From assembly GCA_035268985.1 (NCBI GenBank), contig DATFJV010000078.1:315-64314 (forward strand): DNA of 64,000 nt, in the 5' to 3' direction. The DNA is from Anaerovoracaceae bacterium (GTDB lineage Bacteria > Bacillota > Clostridia > Peptostreptococcales > Anaerovoracaceae). Positions 48,841-59,141 of this stretch are shown here, piece by piece. The notes under the pieces are model-generated. The model was not told the origin of the DNA and searched no databases. It worked only from the letters and a program-made list of their open reading frames with translations. Made by a program: the position numbers and the translations under genes. Each line of letters opens with the position of its first letter. Positions within the stretch are counted from its first letter, which is position 1.

Positions 48841-50895
48841 TTATTCTTTGTATTTACATTTATTATTTGAACACTTCAAAGTAGAAGTTTTTGTTTTCTT
48901 TTCTACTAATAAAGAACCACATTCAGGGCACGTTTTGTTTGTGGGTTTATCCCAAAATACTGTAGTACAATCCGGATAGCCTAAGCATCCATAAAAAGTT
49001 TTGCCCTTTCTGCTTCTTTTCTCAATTATATCATTACCACAATTAGGACATTTTACACCAGTTTTCTTTATAATTGGTTTAGTATTCTTACATTCAGGAT
49101 ACCCTGTGCATGCCAAGAACTCACCAAAACGGCCATCTTTTACAGCCATAGGCTTCCCACATTTTTCGCAATTTTCATCACTTAGCTTTACTTCCATTTC
49201 AATTTTAGCGATTTCTTCATCTGCGACTTTTAATTCCTTACTAAAAGGATCATAAAATTCTTCTACAATACTTTTCCAGTATAATCTTTTTAATTCTACA
49301 TTATCTAGCTTGTCTTCCATTTCTGCCGTGAATCTAGTATCAACTATTTCAGAAAAATATTGTTCAAGCAATCTAATAACTACAAACCCCAAATCTGTAG
49401 GCGCCAAAGTTTTCTTTTCCCTAACAATATATTTCCTGCCAGTTAGGGTAGCAATAATTGGTGCATATGTGCTAGGTCTCCCAATATTTTTTTCTTCCAG
49501 ATCCTTAATTAAGCTAGCTTCAGTATATCTAGCTTTAGGAGTAGTAAACTTTTGCTCACTTTTTATATCTAATAATTTAGGTTCCTCGCCTTTTTTAAGT
49601 TCAGGTAATAATTTATTTGCATCTTCCTTATCATTATTATATACCTTTTTGAAACCATCAAAAACCAGAGTTGAACCATTTGCTTTAAAACCATATTTAT
49701 CATTAATAATATCCACATTAACTGCATCATAGATGGCTTCAGACATTTGAGATGCTATAAACCTTTCCCATATTAACTTATATACTTTATATTGGTCTTT
49801 ACTTAAGGATTCTTTAATTTCATATGGAGAGAACGTAATATCGCTAGGTCTTATAGCTTCATGGGCATCTTGTATATCCTTTTTCTTGTTTGAAAATGTA
49901 TTATTACCAATATATTCTTTGCCATATTTTTCTTCTATATACGATTTTGTTATGGTTTTTGCTTCTTCAGATATTCTAACTGAATCCGTCCTTATATATG
50001 TAACTAAACCTATGGTTCCATTACCTTTTATATCTATTCCTTCATATAATTGTTGTGCAGTCTGCATAGTTCGTTTTGTATAAAAACCCAACTTATTTGA
50101 TGCTTCCTGTTGCAAACTACTAGTGGTAAATGGAGCATATGGTTTCGCTTTGCGTTTTTTCTTTACCACTGAATCTATTATAAATTTATTCTTTTTTAAA
50201 TCCTTTAAAATCTCGTTGCATTGGTTTTCATTTGTTACGTTAATTTTTTTGCTTCCATAACTATTTAATTTGGCTATAAATTCAATGTCTTTTTCAAATA
50301 TGGCATTTATATTCCAGTATTCTTCGGGAACAAAGGAATTGATTTCATCTTCCCTATCACATACCATTTTTAGAGCAGCAGACTGAACTCTACCAGCGGA
50401 CAAACCTCTTTTTACTTTTTTCCATAGCAAAGGACTAATTTGATATCCTACAAGTCTATCCAATATTCTTCTTGCTTGTTGCGCATCAACTAACCCCATA
50501 TTAATAACTCTAGGATTTTTAATTGCTTCTTTTACTTTAGATTTTGTTATCTCATTAAATTCCACCCTACACTGAGAATTAGGATCGATACCCAAAATAT
50601 ATGCTAGATGCCATGATATTGCTTCCCCTTCTCTATCGGGGTCAGTTGCCAAATACACTGTCTTAGCTTTCTTAGCTTCTTTTTTTAGTTCTTTTATTAA
50701 ATCACCCTTACCACGAATATTTATATAATCAGGTTCAAAGTTTTCTTCTATTTTTATACCAAGTCTACTTTTAGGTAAATCTCTTATATGACCAACAGAG
50801 GCCATAACCTTATAGTTAGACCCTAAGTATTTTCCTATTGTTTTTGCTTTTGAAGGAGACTCTACTATTAATAACGTCTTCTTTCTTTCTGCCAT
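48841..50895 (-). CDS. topA: DNA topoisomerase I
   Basis: 684 aa; TOPRIM (LLIVESPSKAKTI, ATDPDREGEAI), active-site Tyr region LVTYIRTDS, C-terminal CxxC zinc ribbons. Confidence 0.96.
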   Translation of the reverse strand: MAERKKTLLIVESPSKAKTIGKYLGSNYKVMASVGHIRDLPKSRLGIKIEENFEPDYINIRGKGDLIKELKKEAKKAKTVYLATDPDREGEAISWHLAYILGIDPNSQCRVEFNEITKSKVKEAIKNPRVINMGLVDAQQARRILDRLVGYQISPLLWKKVKRGLSAGRVQSAALKMVCDREDEINSFVPEEYWNINAIFEKDIEFIAKLNSYGSKKINVTNENQCNEILKDLKKNKFIIDSVVKKKRKAKPYAPFTTSSLQQEASNKLGFYTKRTMQTAQQLYEGIDIKGNGTIGLVTYIRTDSVRISEEAKTITKSYIEEKYGKEYIGNNTFSNKKKDIQDAHEAIRPSDITFSPYEIKESLSKDQYKVYKLIWERFIASQMSEAIYDAVNVDIINDKYGFKANGSTLVFDGFKKVYNNDKEDANKLLPELKKGEEPKLLDIKSEQKFTTPKARYTEASLIKDLEEKNIGRPSTYAPIIATLTGRKYIVREKKTLAPTDLGFVVIRLLEQYFSEIVDTRFTAEMEDKLDNVELKRLYWKSIVEEFYDPFSKELKVADEEIAKIEMEVKLSDENCEKCGKPMAVKDGRFGEFLACTGYPECKNTKPIIKKTGVKCPNCGNDIIEKRSRKGKTFYGCLGYPDCTTVFWDKPTNKTCPECGSLLVEKKTKTSTLKCSNNKCKYKE

Positions 50896-50968
50896 AAATT
50901 CACTCCTTGAATATTTTAAATTTTTTGACTATTACATCACTTACCATAATATAATATGATAATGTAAA

Positions 50969-51817
50969 CTATTTTGCAATGAAAAATTTTCCACCAAGAC
51001 TAATAATGGACCCTTTTATAGTTAATATTGTCAGTATACCACTTAGAATATTAACGTTTATGTTGATTTTGTGAGATATTTTTTCAATACCTATTCCATC
51101 GTATTCGTTTATGGCTTCTAAAACTTTTATTTCATCTTTCCCTAAAGAATATATATTATCTAACTTTGGTTTTATACCCAAATCCCTTATTAAATCATCT
51201 ATGACAAAAAGTGGTATTGCCCCTTCTCTAATTAAAAGATTTGTTCCTAAGCTCTTTTTATTATTAATGTTGCCTGGCACTGCATAAATATTTTTACCCT
51301 GTTCTAATCCAAAATTTGCTGTAATTAAAGAACCACTTTTATATTCCGCTTCTACTATTACTATGCTTTCGCTTAATGCGCTAATTATTCTATTTCTCAT
51401 AGGAAAAGAATATTTACTACCCTCAAAGTCATTTTCGTATTCTGAAATCAATAAACCCTTACCATATATTTTTTCCATTAATAAACTATTTTCCCTTGGA
51501 TAACACTTATCCATACCAAATCCCAATACTGCTATTGTTTTTCCGCCTTTATTGAGCACTCCCTTATGTGAATAGCTATCAATTCCCTTTGCCATGCCAC
51601 TTATATGAGTTACATCATTAAGTGCTAAGCGTGCTCCTATAATCTCGGAAACACATTTACCGTAATCACTACAATCTCTAGCACCTACTACGGCGACACT
51701 TCTATCCCCAAGTAATGAAAGATCACCTGACGCATAAATTTTATCAGGTGATTTATAAATATTTTTTAATTCATACGGAAAAAGTTCTGAGTTTTTATCT
51801 ATACAATTAATTTTCAT
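50969..51817 (-). CDS. dprA: DNA processing protein DprA
   Basis: 282 aa; Rossmann-like core VVGARDCSDYG, SGMAKGIDS; dprA-topA adjacency. Confidence 0.9.
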   Translation of the reverse strand: MKINCIDKNSELFPYELKNIYKSPDKIYASGDLSLLGDRSVAVVGARDCSDYGKCVSEIIGARLALNDVTHISGMAKGIDSYSHKGVLNKGGKTIAVLGFGMDKCYPRENSLLMEKIYGKGLLISEYENDFEGSKYSFPMRNRIISALSESIVIVEAEYKSGSLITANFGLEQGKNIYAVPGNINNKKSLGTNLLIREGAIPLFVIDDLIRDLGIKPKLDNIYSLGKDEIKVLEAINEYDGIGIEKISHKININVNILSGILTILTIKGSIISLGGKFFIAK

Positions 51818-51898
51818 ATACCCTCCTATTCTTAATTCCTATCACCTAAGCTTTTTATAGTCAATAGTTTTAAAAATTTGAGTATATTTATGTAGTAA

Positions 51899-52732
51899 CT
51901 ATGCATTCTTATGTAAAATAATTTTTTCAATGGCATTGGCCACTCCATGATTATTATTATCATCCGTAATATAATCTGAAGCTTGTTTCACTAGTATATC
52001 AGCATTCCCCATGGCTACTCCTATTTTAGCAAATTCAATCATCGCTATATCATTAGGATTGTCACCAAAGGCCATTAATTCATTTTCTGTTAAATCATTG
52101 ATTCTCAACAAATAATTTAATGCGTCTGCTTTGCTAGTCGTTGCGCCCCCTATTTCTAGATTATTAGCAAAAGAAGTGGTCAACGTTATACCTTCTAAAT
52201 TCTCCAATAATTTTCTAATAAATCTTCTTTTTTCAGAATCTTCAAAAAGCAAATTAATATTTTCTATAGAATCTTGGTTTGAGTACATATGTTTAATAAT
52301 ATCGTCCACTGGTTTTCTAGTTCTTATTACATAACCTGCACTTCTATATGTCGAACCATTGGCCTTAATATCGTTGTACTCAGTCTTATCAATATATGCT
52401 ATACCATCTATAAATGCCTCAACATGAACTTTATGTCTGGTTACAATATCAATAACCTTTTTTATATCATTATTCTTTATACAATTTTTATATATAACCT
52501 TTTTATCAATCATTCTTGTTACTTGAGCCCCATTTGAAGTAATCATATATTCGACTCCTTCTAAATTATACACATCTTTGGGCAACGAATCAAAAGATCT
52601 TCCCGTGGCAAAAACAACATTCACACCACTCTTAATCGTTTTTTCTAAAATACTTCTGGTTTTATCTGTTATTCTTTCTTGACTATTAAGGGTGGTACCA
52701 TCTAAGTCTAGCCCAATTAATTTAATACTCAT
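51899..52732 (-). CDS. Cof-type HAD-IIB family hydrolase
   Basis: 277 aa; motif I GLDLDGTTL, motif IV GDNPNDIAM. Confidence 0.88.
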   Translation of the reverse strand: MSIKLIGLDLDGTTLNSQERITDKTRSILEKTIKSGVNVVFATGRSFDSLPKDVYNLEGVEYMITSNGAQVTRMIDKKVIYKNCIKNNDIKKVIDIVTRHKVHVEAFIDGIAYIDKTEYNDIKANGSTYRSAGYVIRTRKPVDDIIKHMYSNQDSIENINLLFEDSEKRRFIRKLLENLEGITLTTSFANNLEIGGATTSKADALNYLLRINDLTENELMAFGDNPNDIAMIEFAKIGVAMGNADILVKQASDYITDDNNNHGVANAIEKIILHKNA

Positions 52733-52852
52733 ATCCTTCCTTTCAATGCTATGTATATGCTATGTTTCTATTGCAAAACCTATATAATTGATTTATAATC
52801 GTTTTATTGATATCATTATATAATAAATTACATAAAAATAAAGAGGTAATAT

Positions 52853-54211
52853 ATGAAAGTTGCAATAGTTGGTGCCGGCAAATTAGGTTTAAGAATTGCT
52901 GAAGCACTTGTCGATGGTGATTATGAAATCACAATAATAGATAAAAATGAAGATCTTTTGGATAAGATTTCTCAAAAGCTTGATGTACTTACTGTATACG
53001 GTGATGCAAAGAAAATTGATTTTCTAAAAAGTATTCAGATAAATACTTATGACTTTTTATTTGCTGCCTCTGATTCTGATGAGGTTAATATTTTAATTGC
53101 TTCATTTTCAAAAGCATTAGGATGTCGATACGTATCATCTAGAGTTAGAGATCCTGAACATATGAAACAAATCGATTTCATAAGAGAAAAAATGAATATA
53201 GATTTCATAGTTAATCCAGATTTACTTATAACGCAAGAAATTCATAAATATCTGGCTGAGAAATATACTTTAAGCAACGGAGTTTTTACTAGCGGTAAAA
53301 TTGCCTTATTAGAATTCAAAGCAGACATGTTGCCAAAATTAATAGGTTTATACTTGCCAGATTTCAAAAAAATATATCCTTCTATGCTAATAGTTGGCAT
53401 ATCTAGAAAAGGCAAAATGATTATTCCCCATGGTGATGACTTTATTAAAAGTGGTGATTCACTATATATAATAGGAGAAAAAGAAACTGTATTTAAATTA
53501 AACACAAAAGTTTATGTAAATATCAAATACACCAATGTGCAAAAGGTAATGATAATTGGTGGAGGTAAAACTGGTTACTATTTAGCTAGTCGTTTATCAG
53601 AATTTGGAGTAAATGTAAAACTAATAGAAAAAAGTAAAGAAAGATGTCAATATTTATCAACTCGTTTGGATGATGTAATGGTTCTTTACGGCGATGGTAC
53701 AGATTTACAAATGCTTCAAGAAGAAAACCTAGATGAAATGGATGCATTTGTTACTGCAACTGGATATGATGAAGAAAACCTACTTTTAGCTTTAACTGCA
53801 AAACAACATGGAATCGAAGATGTTATTTCAAAAGTGAGTAGAGTTAGTTATAAAGACCTTATCGAGCAAATGGGTATTGATATGGTTTTAAATCCCCTAG
53901 ATATAACTGCTAGCGCTATATTAAGAAATATTCGAGGATCAAAAAAAGTATTATCCTCAGTACTATTACAAGGCCAGGCTGAACTCCTAGAAATTTATGC
54001 TTATGAAAGAATGAATATGTTAAATATTCCACTTAAAAATTTACAATTACCCGAAGGGATTATAATTGCTGCCATACATAGAGGAAATAAAGTGATTATA
54101 CCTGATGGTAATACTCGACTTCTCAGAAATGATAAAGTAATAATTGTTAGTTTACTTACAGAAATAGGTAAATTAGAAAAATTATTTAAATATAGAAGGA
54201 ATATTTTATAA
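52853..54211 (+). CDS. trkA: Trk system potassium uptake protein TrkA
   Basis: 452 aa; two RCK N-domains with Rossmann motifs VGAGKLG and IGGGKTG. Confidence 0.92.
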   Translation: MKVAIVGAGKLGLRIAEALVDGDYEITIIDKNEDLLDKISQKLDVLTVYGDAKKIDFLKSIQINTYDFLFAASDSDEVNILIASFSKALGCRYVSSRVRDPEHMKQIDFIREKMNIDFIVNPDLLITQEIHKYLAEKYTLSNGVFTSGKIALLEFKADMLPKLIGLYLPDFKKIYPSMLIVGISRKGKMIIPHGDDFIKSGDSLYIIGEKETVFKLNTKVYVNIKYTNVQKVMIIGGGKTGYYLASRLSEFGVNVKLIEKSKERCQYLSTRLDDVMVLYGDGTDLQMLQEENLDEMDAFVTATGYDEENLLLALTAKQHGIEDVISKVSRVSYKDLIEQMGIDMVLNPLDITASAILRNIRGSKKVLSSVLLQGQAELLEIYAYERMNMLNIPLKNLQLPEGIIIAAIHRGNKVIIPDGNTRLLRNDKVIIVSLLTEIGKLEKLFKYRRNIL

Positions 54212-54213
54212 AA

Positions 54214-55680
54214 ATGTCTATTAGCAAAAAAAGAATTATATATTTATTGGGAGCTTTATTAATAGTCATATCACTGTCGATGACTCCTTCATTAATAGTT
54301 TCCCTATTATATGACGAATATCATTGCACTAAAGCTTTTTTAATAACAATGATTATTTGTTTACTAATAGGTCTATTATTTAACAGAAGGCATACGCCAT
54401 CAATATCATCCATTAAATTAAAAGATGGTTTTATGATAGTAACAGGTAGCTGGCTACTTGCTTCAATATTTGGTGCGATACCATTTATTATTTCAGGATC
54501 AATAACAAACCCAGTAGATGCCTTTTTTGAAGCTTGCTCTGGATTTTCTACAACCGGAGCATCAATATTGACAGATATAGAAGCATTGCCAATGTCAATG
54601 CTTTTTTGGCGTTCATTCACCCATTGGTTAGGTGGAATGGGTATTGTTGTATTTGCAATGGCATTATTACCAAAACTAGGTATTAGCGGTCAACTAATAG
54701 CTAGCGCAGAGACTCCTGGTCCAACATTAGACAAAATTACTCCTAGATTTTCAGACACTGCAAAAAACCTTTATAGAATGTACATACTTTTTACAATTTC
54801 AGAAGTAATTTTATTATTGATTGGCGGTCTTGATTTGTTTGATGCATTAGTACATACCTTCGGCACAGTTGGTACTGGAGGCTTTTCAAGCCACAGCGAA
54901 AGTATTGCTTATTTCAACAGTTATTATGTACACTGGGTAATCACTATATTCATGATTATTTCGGGAACTAACTTTAACCTTTTTTATTTGACTTTAAAAA
55001 GAGGAATTAAAAAATTAATAAAAGATGATGAATTTAAGTTTTATTTAAGAATAATTTCACTTTTTACCATGTTAGTAACCTTTGATTTGGCAATTACTAA
55101 AACCGAAGTAAATTTTCTCAAAGCATTAACGGAATCCATATTTCAAGTATCTTCAATACTTACTACTACAGGTTATGCGACTGCAGACTTTGATATTTGG
55201 CCGACTTTTGCAAAGATGCTATTATTCATGCTTATGTTTGTAGGTGCTTGCAGTTCTTCTACTGGTGGTGGCGTTAAAATAATCAGAATACTTGTTTCTT
55301 TTAAGCTAATAATGAGAGGTTTTGCTCTGAAAACACATGAAAACCGCATAATAAACATAAAGGTAAATGATCAAAAACTTCAATCTGATACTGTTTCAAA
55401 TATAGCCAACTTTCTGTTTTTCTATATATTTCTAGTGTTTATTGGAACCGCCATAATTTCAATAAATAATTATGACATTATGACAAGTTTTTCAAGTGTT
55501 ATAGCATGTTTAGGAAATATTGGCCCTGGTTTTTCTATGGTAGGGCCTACAATGAATTACAGCATTTTTTCTAACTTCTCAAAAATAGTATTATCATTGC
55601 TTATGATCGCCGGAAGATTGGAATTATTTACTTTCTTTATATTGTTTTCAAAACATTTCAGAGACTCCAATAGAGCATAA
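54214..55680 (+). CDS. trkH: TrkH-family potassium transporter
   Basis: 488 aa; four MPM pore loops (FSTTGAS, GTVGTGGFS, LTTTGYA, SSSTGGGVK). Confidence 0.9.
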   Translation: MSISKKRIIYLLGALLIVISLSMTPSLIVSLLYDEYHCTKAFLITMIICLLIGLLFNRRHTPSISSIKLKDGFMIVTGSWLLASIFGAIPFIISGSITNPVDAFFEACSGFSTTGASILTDIEALPMSMLFWRSFTHWLGGMGIVVFAMALLPKLGISGQLIASAETPGPTLDKITPRFSDTAKNLYRMYILFTISEVILLLIGGLDLFDALVHTFGTVGTGGFSSHSESIAYFNSYYVHWVITIFMIISGTNFNLFYLTLKRGIKKLIKDDEFKFYLRIISLFTMLVTFDLAITKTEVNFLKALTESIFQVSSILTTTGYATADFDIWPTFAKMLLFMLMFVGACSSSTGGGVKIIRILVSFKLIMRGFALKTHENRIINIKVNDQKLQSDTVSNIANFLFFYIFLVFIGTAIISINNYDIMTSFSSVIACLGNIGPGFSMVGPTMNYSIFSNFSKIVLSLLMIAGRLELFTFFILFSKHFRDSNRA

Positions 55681-55689
55681 GGGGATAAA

Positions 55690-57156
55690 ATGAATTTAAA
55701 TTATAATTTATTTAAAAACTTAATATCGTTAACATTTATACTCCTATCAATAATCATGATACCTTCCATTTTAGTCGCCCATTATTATAATGAAGTAAAT
55801 GTTACTTTTTCAATGTCTATAATTGCTGTAATATATTTCTTTATAGGTTTATTTATAAATATAAAGAGCAACAGAAAAAGCATTAAATCAACTATTAGAG
55901 ACGGTTATTTGACCACATTTTTTGTTTGGTTAGCACTAGTTTTCGCATCAGCACTTCCTTACTATTTTAGTAATAGTGGTTATTATCTTAGCGATTGTAT
56001 ATTCGAATCTGCTGCTGGTTGGTCAACTACTGGCGCCTTCGTAATACATGCAGACATTTTGCCAAAAGGACTGCTTTTTTGGAAAGCAACTAACAATTGG
56101 TTTGGTGGAATAGGTATGATTATGTTAATTATATCTTTAACACCTTATTTCAATATTTCAGGTCAAAAACTAATAGTAGCAGAAGCGCCTGGCCCTACAT
56201 TGGAAAAAATGTCAACCAAATTTACAGGAACCGCCAGATATCTTTATTTCTTTTACTTGATACTTACACTTCTAGAATTTATTATGCTTAAATATGGTGG
56301 TCTTTCCTTATATGATGCTGCTATAAATACTATGAGTGGTATAAGTACCGCAGGAATACATTTGAATTCTGGAGGTATTAGTTATAATCTAACAACTTTC
56401 AACAAAACAGTTGTTACTATATTTACTTTTTTAGCTGCTACTAATTTCGGAATTTACTTCTTTTTATTTAAAGGGAAATTTGAAGATATTCTTGGGGATT
56501 TGGAATTTAGAGTATATATTTTGCTAACCTTAGCTTCAACCATAGTTATTTATGTTGCGTTAATTAATTCAGATGAAGCCAAATACTATTTTGAGGATTT
56601 TTTACATTCAATTTCTATGGCAATTTCTTTCATATCTACGTCCGGCTATAGTTTTACTGATTATTCAATATGGCCTTCATTTGCCAAGGTTATCTTGATT
56701 ATATGTATGTTTATAGGTGGCTGTTCAATATCAACAGGTGGAGGGATTAAAATTTCAAGAATTATAGTTTTTTATAAATTAATTCTTAGAGGAATATATA
56801 AAAGAATACACCCTCGTAGTGTTAAACCAGTATCCTTTTTTAAAAAGCCAATTTCAGTTAACAATGTATTTACTATTATGGTTTACATATTACTTTATTT
56901 CGTTATATTCTTGATAGGTTCTTTGCTATTATCCCTTGACAATTTATCAATGGAAACTACTTTAAGTGCCACAATAGGAGCTATGTCTAATACCGGTTTG
57001 TCATTTGGTGAATTGGCCAATGTTGCTGATTACTCCATATTTTCTCATCCTGCTAGAATACTATTATCGATATTAATGATAGGTGGTAGACTTGAATTCT
57101 ATGCTATCGCATTATTATTCTCTAAGCACTTTTGGAATACTAATATAATAAAATAA
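55690..57156 (+). CDS. TrkH-family potassium transporter, diverged second paralog
   Basis: 488 aa; same architecture with pore loops WSTTGAF, GISTAGIH, ISTSGYS, SISTGGGIK. Confidence 0.88.
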   Translation: MNLNYNLFKNLISLTFILLSIIMIPSILVAHYYNEVNVTFSMSIIAVIYFFIGLFINIKSNRKSIKSTIRDGYLTTFFVWLALVFASALPYYFSNSGYYLSDCIFESAAGWSTTGAFVIHADILPKGLLFWKATNNWFGGIGMIMLIISLTPYFNISGQKLIVAEAPGPTLEKMSTKFTGTARYLYFFYLILTLLEFIMLKYGGLSLYDAAINTMSGISTAGIHLNSGGISYNLTTFNKTVVTIFTFLAATNFGIYFFLFKGKFEDILGDLEFRVYILLTLASTIVIYVALINSDEAKYYFEDFLHSISMAISFISTSGYSFTDYSIWPSFAKVILIICMFIGGCSISTGGGIKISRIIVFYKLILRGIYKRIHPRSVKPVSFFKKPISVNNVFTIMVYILLYFVIFLIGSLLLSLDNLSMETTLSATIGAMSNTGLSFGELANVADYSIFSHPARILLSILMIGGRLEFYAIALLFSKHFWNTNIIK

Positions 57157-57180
57157 GGGACATATACTGATACAATCCCA

Positions 57181-59079
57181 CTATTTTATTATATTGAAAT
57201 CAATAAGCTTGTCTTTTTCATTCACATCAGTAACTACTATCTTTAAATTATCACCCATGTTAATGCTCTTTTTAGTTTTAGTGCCGACCGCTCTATAATT
57301 TTTTTCATCAATTATATAATAGTCACCAGGTATCCCATCATATCTAACAAAACCTTCTATAGTATTGTCAAGTTCAATGAATAATCCGGTTTTTCCTATA
57401 CCGCTCACTATGCCTCGATACTCTTTTCCAACCTTGTCTTTCATGAATTGAACCATTAAATACTTTTCTACTTTTCTCTCCAAATCTATGGCAACCCTTT
57501 CCATATCAGATGAATGCTTTGAAATGTCTGCCAATTCATTAATATCATCTATAGCATCAGGATTGTGAATACTATTTTTTATTATTCTATGTACAATTAA
57601 GTCAGGATATCTTCTAATTGGTGATGTGAAATGACAATAATATTTAAAAGCCAATCCATAGTGGCCTGTACAACTAGTTCTATATTCTGCCTTTTTCATC
57701 ATCCTTAGCATAACTCTATTTATTATATTTTCCATCTTTGTATCTTCTATTGATACTAAAACTTCACTAAGTAATTTTGAATTTATACTATCAAAATTAC
57801 TGCTAATATTTATATTAAACCCCGCCAAAAAGCCTCTTAACTCATTTATTTTTTCTACATCTGGTTTGTCATGAACTCTATATATAAATGGAACTTCTAA
57901 CCAATAAAAATGTTCAGCTACAGTTTCATTTGCAATCAGCATAAATTCTTCAATTATTTTATTAGCAACTCTTCTTACTTCTTTTTCAATGCTTATTGGA
58001 TAATCATTTTCATCTAATATGATTTTTGCTTCTCTCATATTAAAATCAAGACTACCTTTTGCTTTTCTTTTTTTTCTTAGTATTACTGACAAATGATTCA
58101 TATTATATATCATTTCTAGAATATGTGAATATCTGTTTTTTAACTCTTTATCTTCATTTTCCAAAATATCCGATACATCATCATACACAAGACGTTCATC
58201 AGAATTAATTATACTTTCGAATATAGAATAATCTACTACTACACCTTTATCATCTATTTCCATTTTACATGTTAATGTTAATCTATCTTCCTTAGGATTT
58301 AAGCTGCATATTCCATTGGATAATTCCTTAGGAAACATTGGTATAACTTTGTTATATAAATATACACTATTACCCCTTAACATAGCTTCTACATCCAAAG
58401 GAGAACCTTTTGATACATAGTGATTTACATCTGCAATATGTACATATAAAAGGTAATTACCATTTTCATTTATTTTAACTGTAACAGCATCATCAAAGTC
58501 TTTTGAATCTTTTCCATCGATTGTTACAGTAAGTTCACTTCTTAAATCAGTTCGATCTTTTTTCTTGTTTATTACTAAATTCTTTGACAATATTTTTGAT
58601 TCTTTTAAAATTTTATCTGAAAATTCATTTCTTATGCCATATTCTCTTATCAAAGATAATATCTCAGCATCCTTTTGATTTTTCTTGGCAATAATCTCTG
58701 TTATTATACCTGTTGAATCCTTATGCTCTCCTGGATATTTTGTAATTTTAGCAACTACAATATCCCCTTGCTTTGCTTTACCTATATCCTTATGGTTAAT
58801 ATATACTTCTTCTACCGATTTACCTTTTGATACAACTTTTCCGAAGTTTTTATGTTTAAACAAAGTACCTATGATTTCTTTAGTATTTCTTTCAAGTACT
58901 TTTGTAATTATCCCCTCTGGACCACCTTTCCAATATATTTCAGGAATTAATTCAACGGCTACATTATCTCCATCCATTGAATTTAATATATTGTCTGGAG
59001 CTATATAAATATCTCGCTCCTCATCCATTCTAACGAATCCAAATCCATTTTTGTTTTTACTAATTATTCCATTTCTCAT
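57181..59079 (-). CDS. rnr: ribonuclease R (RNB-family 3'-5' exoribonuclease), short form
   Basis: 632 aa; N-terminal OB/cold-shock-like domains, RNB core (DSKDFDDA, HYGLAFKYYCHFTSPIRRYPD), C-terminal S1 domain; no Lys-rich tail. Confidence 0.88.
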   Translation of the reverse strand: MRNGIISKNKNGFGFVRMDEERDIYIAPDNILNSMDGDNVAVELIPEIYWKGGPEGIITKVLERNTKEIIGTLFKHKNFGKVVSKGKSVEEVYINHKDIGKAKQGDIVVAKITKYPGEHKDSTGIITEIIAKKNQKDAEILSLIREYGIRNEFSDKILKESKILSKNLVINKKKDRTDLRSELTVTIDGKDSKDFDDAVTVKINENGNYLLYVHIADVNHYVSKGSPLDVEAMLRGNSVYLYNKVIPMFPKELSNGICSLNPKEDRLTLTCKMEIDDKGVVVDYSIFESIINSDERLVYDDVSDILENEDKELKNRYSHILEMIYNMNHLSVILRKKRKAKGSLDFNMREAKIILDENDYPISIEKEVRRVANKIIEEFMLIANETVAEHFYWLEVPFIYRVHDKPDVEKINELRGFLAGFNINISSNFDSINSKLLSEVLVSIEDTKMENIINRVMLRMMKKAEYRTSCTGHYGLAFKYYCHFTSPIRRYPDLIVHRIIKNSIHNPDAIDDINELADISKHSSDMERVAIDLERKVEKYLMVQFMKDKVGKEYRGIVSGIGKTGLFIELDNTIEGFVRYDGIPGDYYIIDEKNYRAVGTKTKKSINMGDNLKIVVTDVNEKDKLIDFNIIK

Positions 59080-59101
59080 ACACTACTCTCACTTGTCCAA
59101 T

Positions 59102-59140
59102 AAAAGAATAAAGACCGGCCTAGCCGGTCTTTATTCTTTT
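59102..59140 (-). terminator. strong hairpin terminator after ispH/rpsA
   Basis: 18-bp perfect stem AAAAGAATAAAGACCGGC/GCCGGTCTTTATTCTTTT with 3-nt loop, starting 2 nt after the stop codon; the T-rich 3' arm serves either direction. Confidence 0.8.
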
Positions 59141-59141
59141 A

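Noticed and set aside
52733-52852. Possible c-di-AMP (ydaO-type) riboswitch upstream of trkA
   Set aside because: The leader is only about 120 bp of very AT-rich sequence. It lacks the paired GC-rich helices or conserved ACGGGG-type elements I would expect, and is too short once a promoter is accommodated.
57157-57180. Possible bidirectional terminator between trkH paralog 2 and rnr
   Set aside because: Only a 4-bp GGGA/TCCC stem with a 15-nt loop is available. That is too weak to call.
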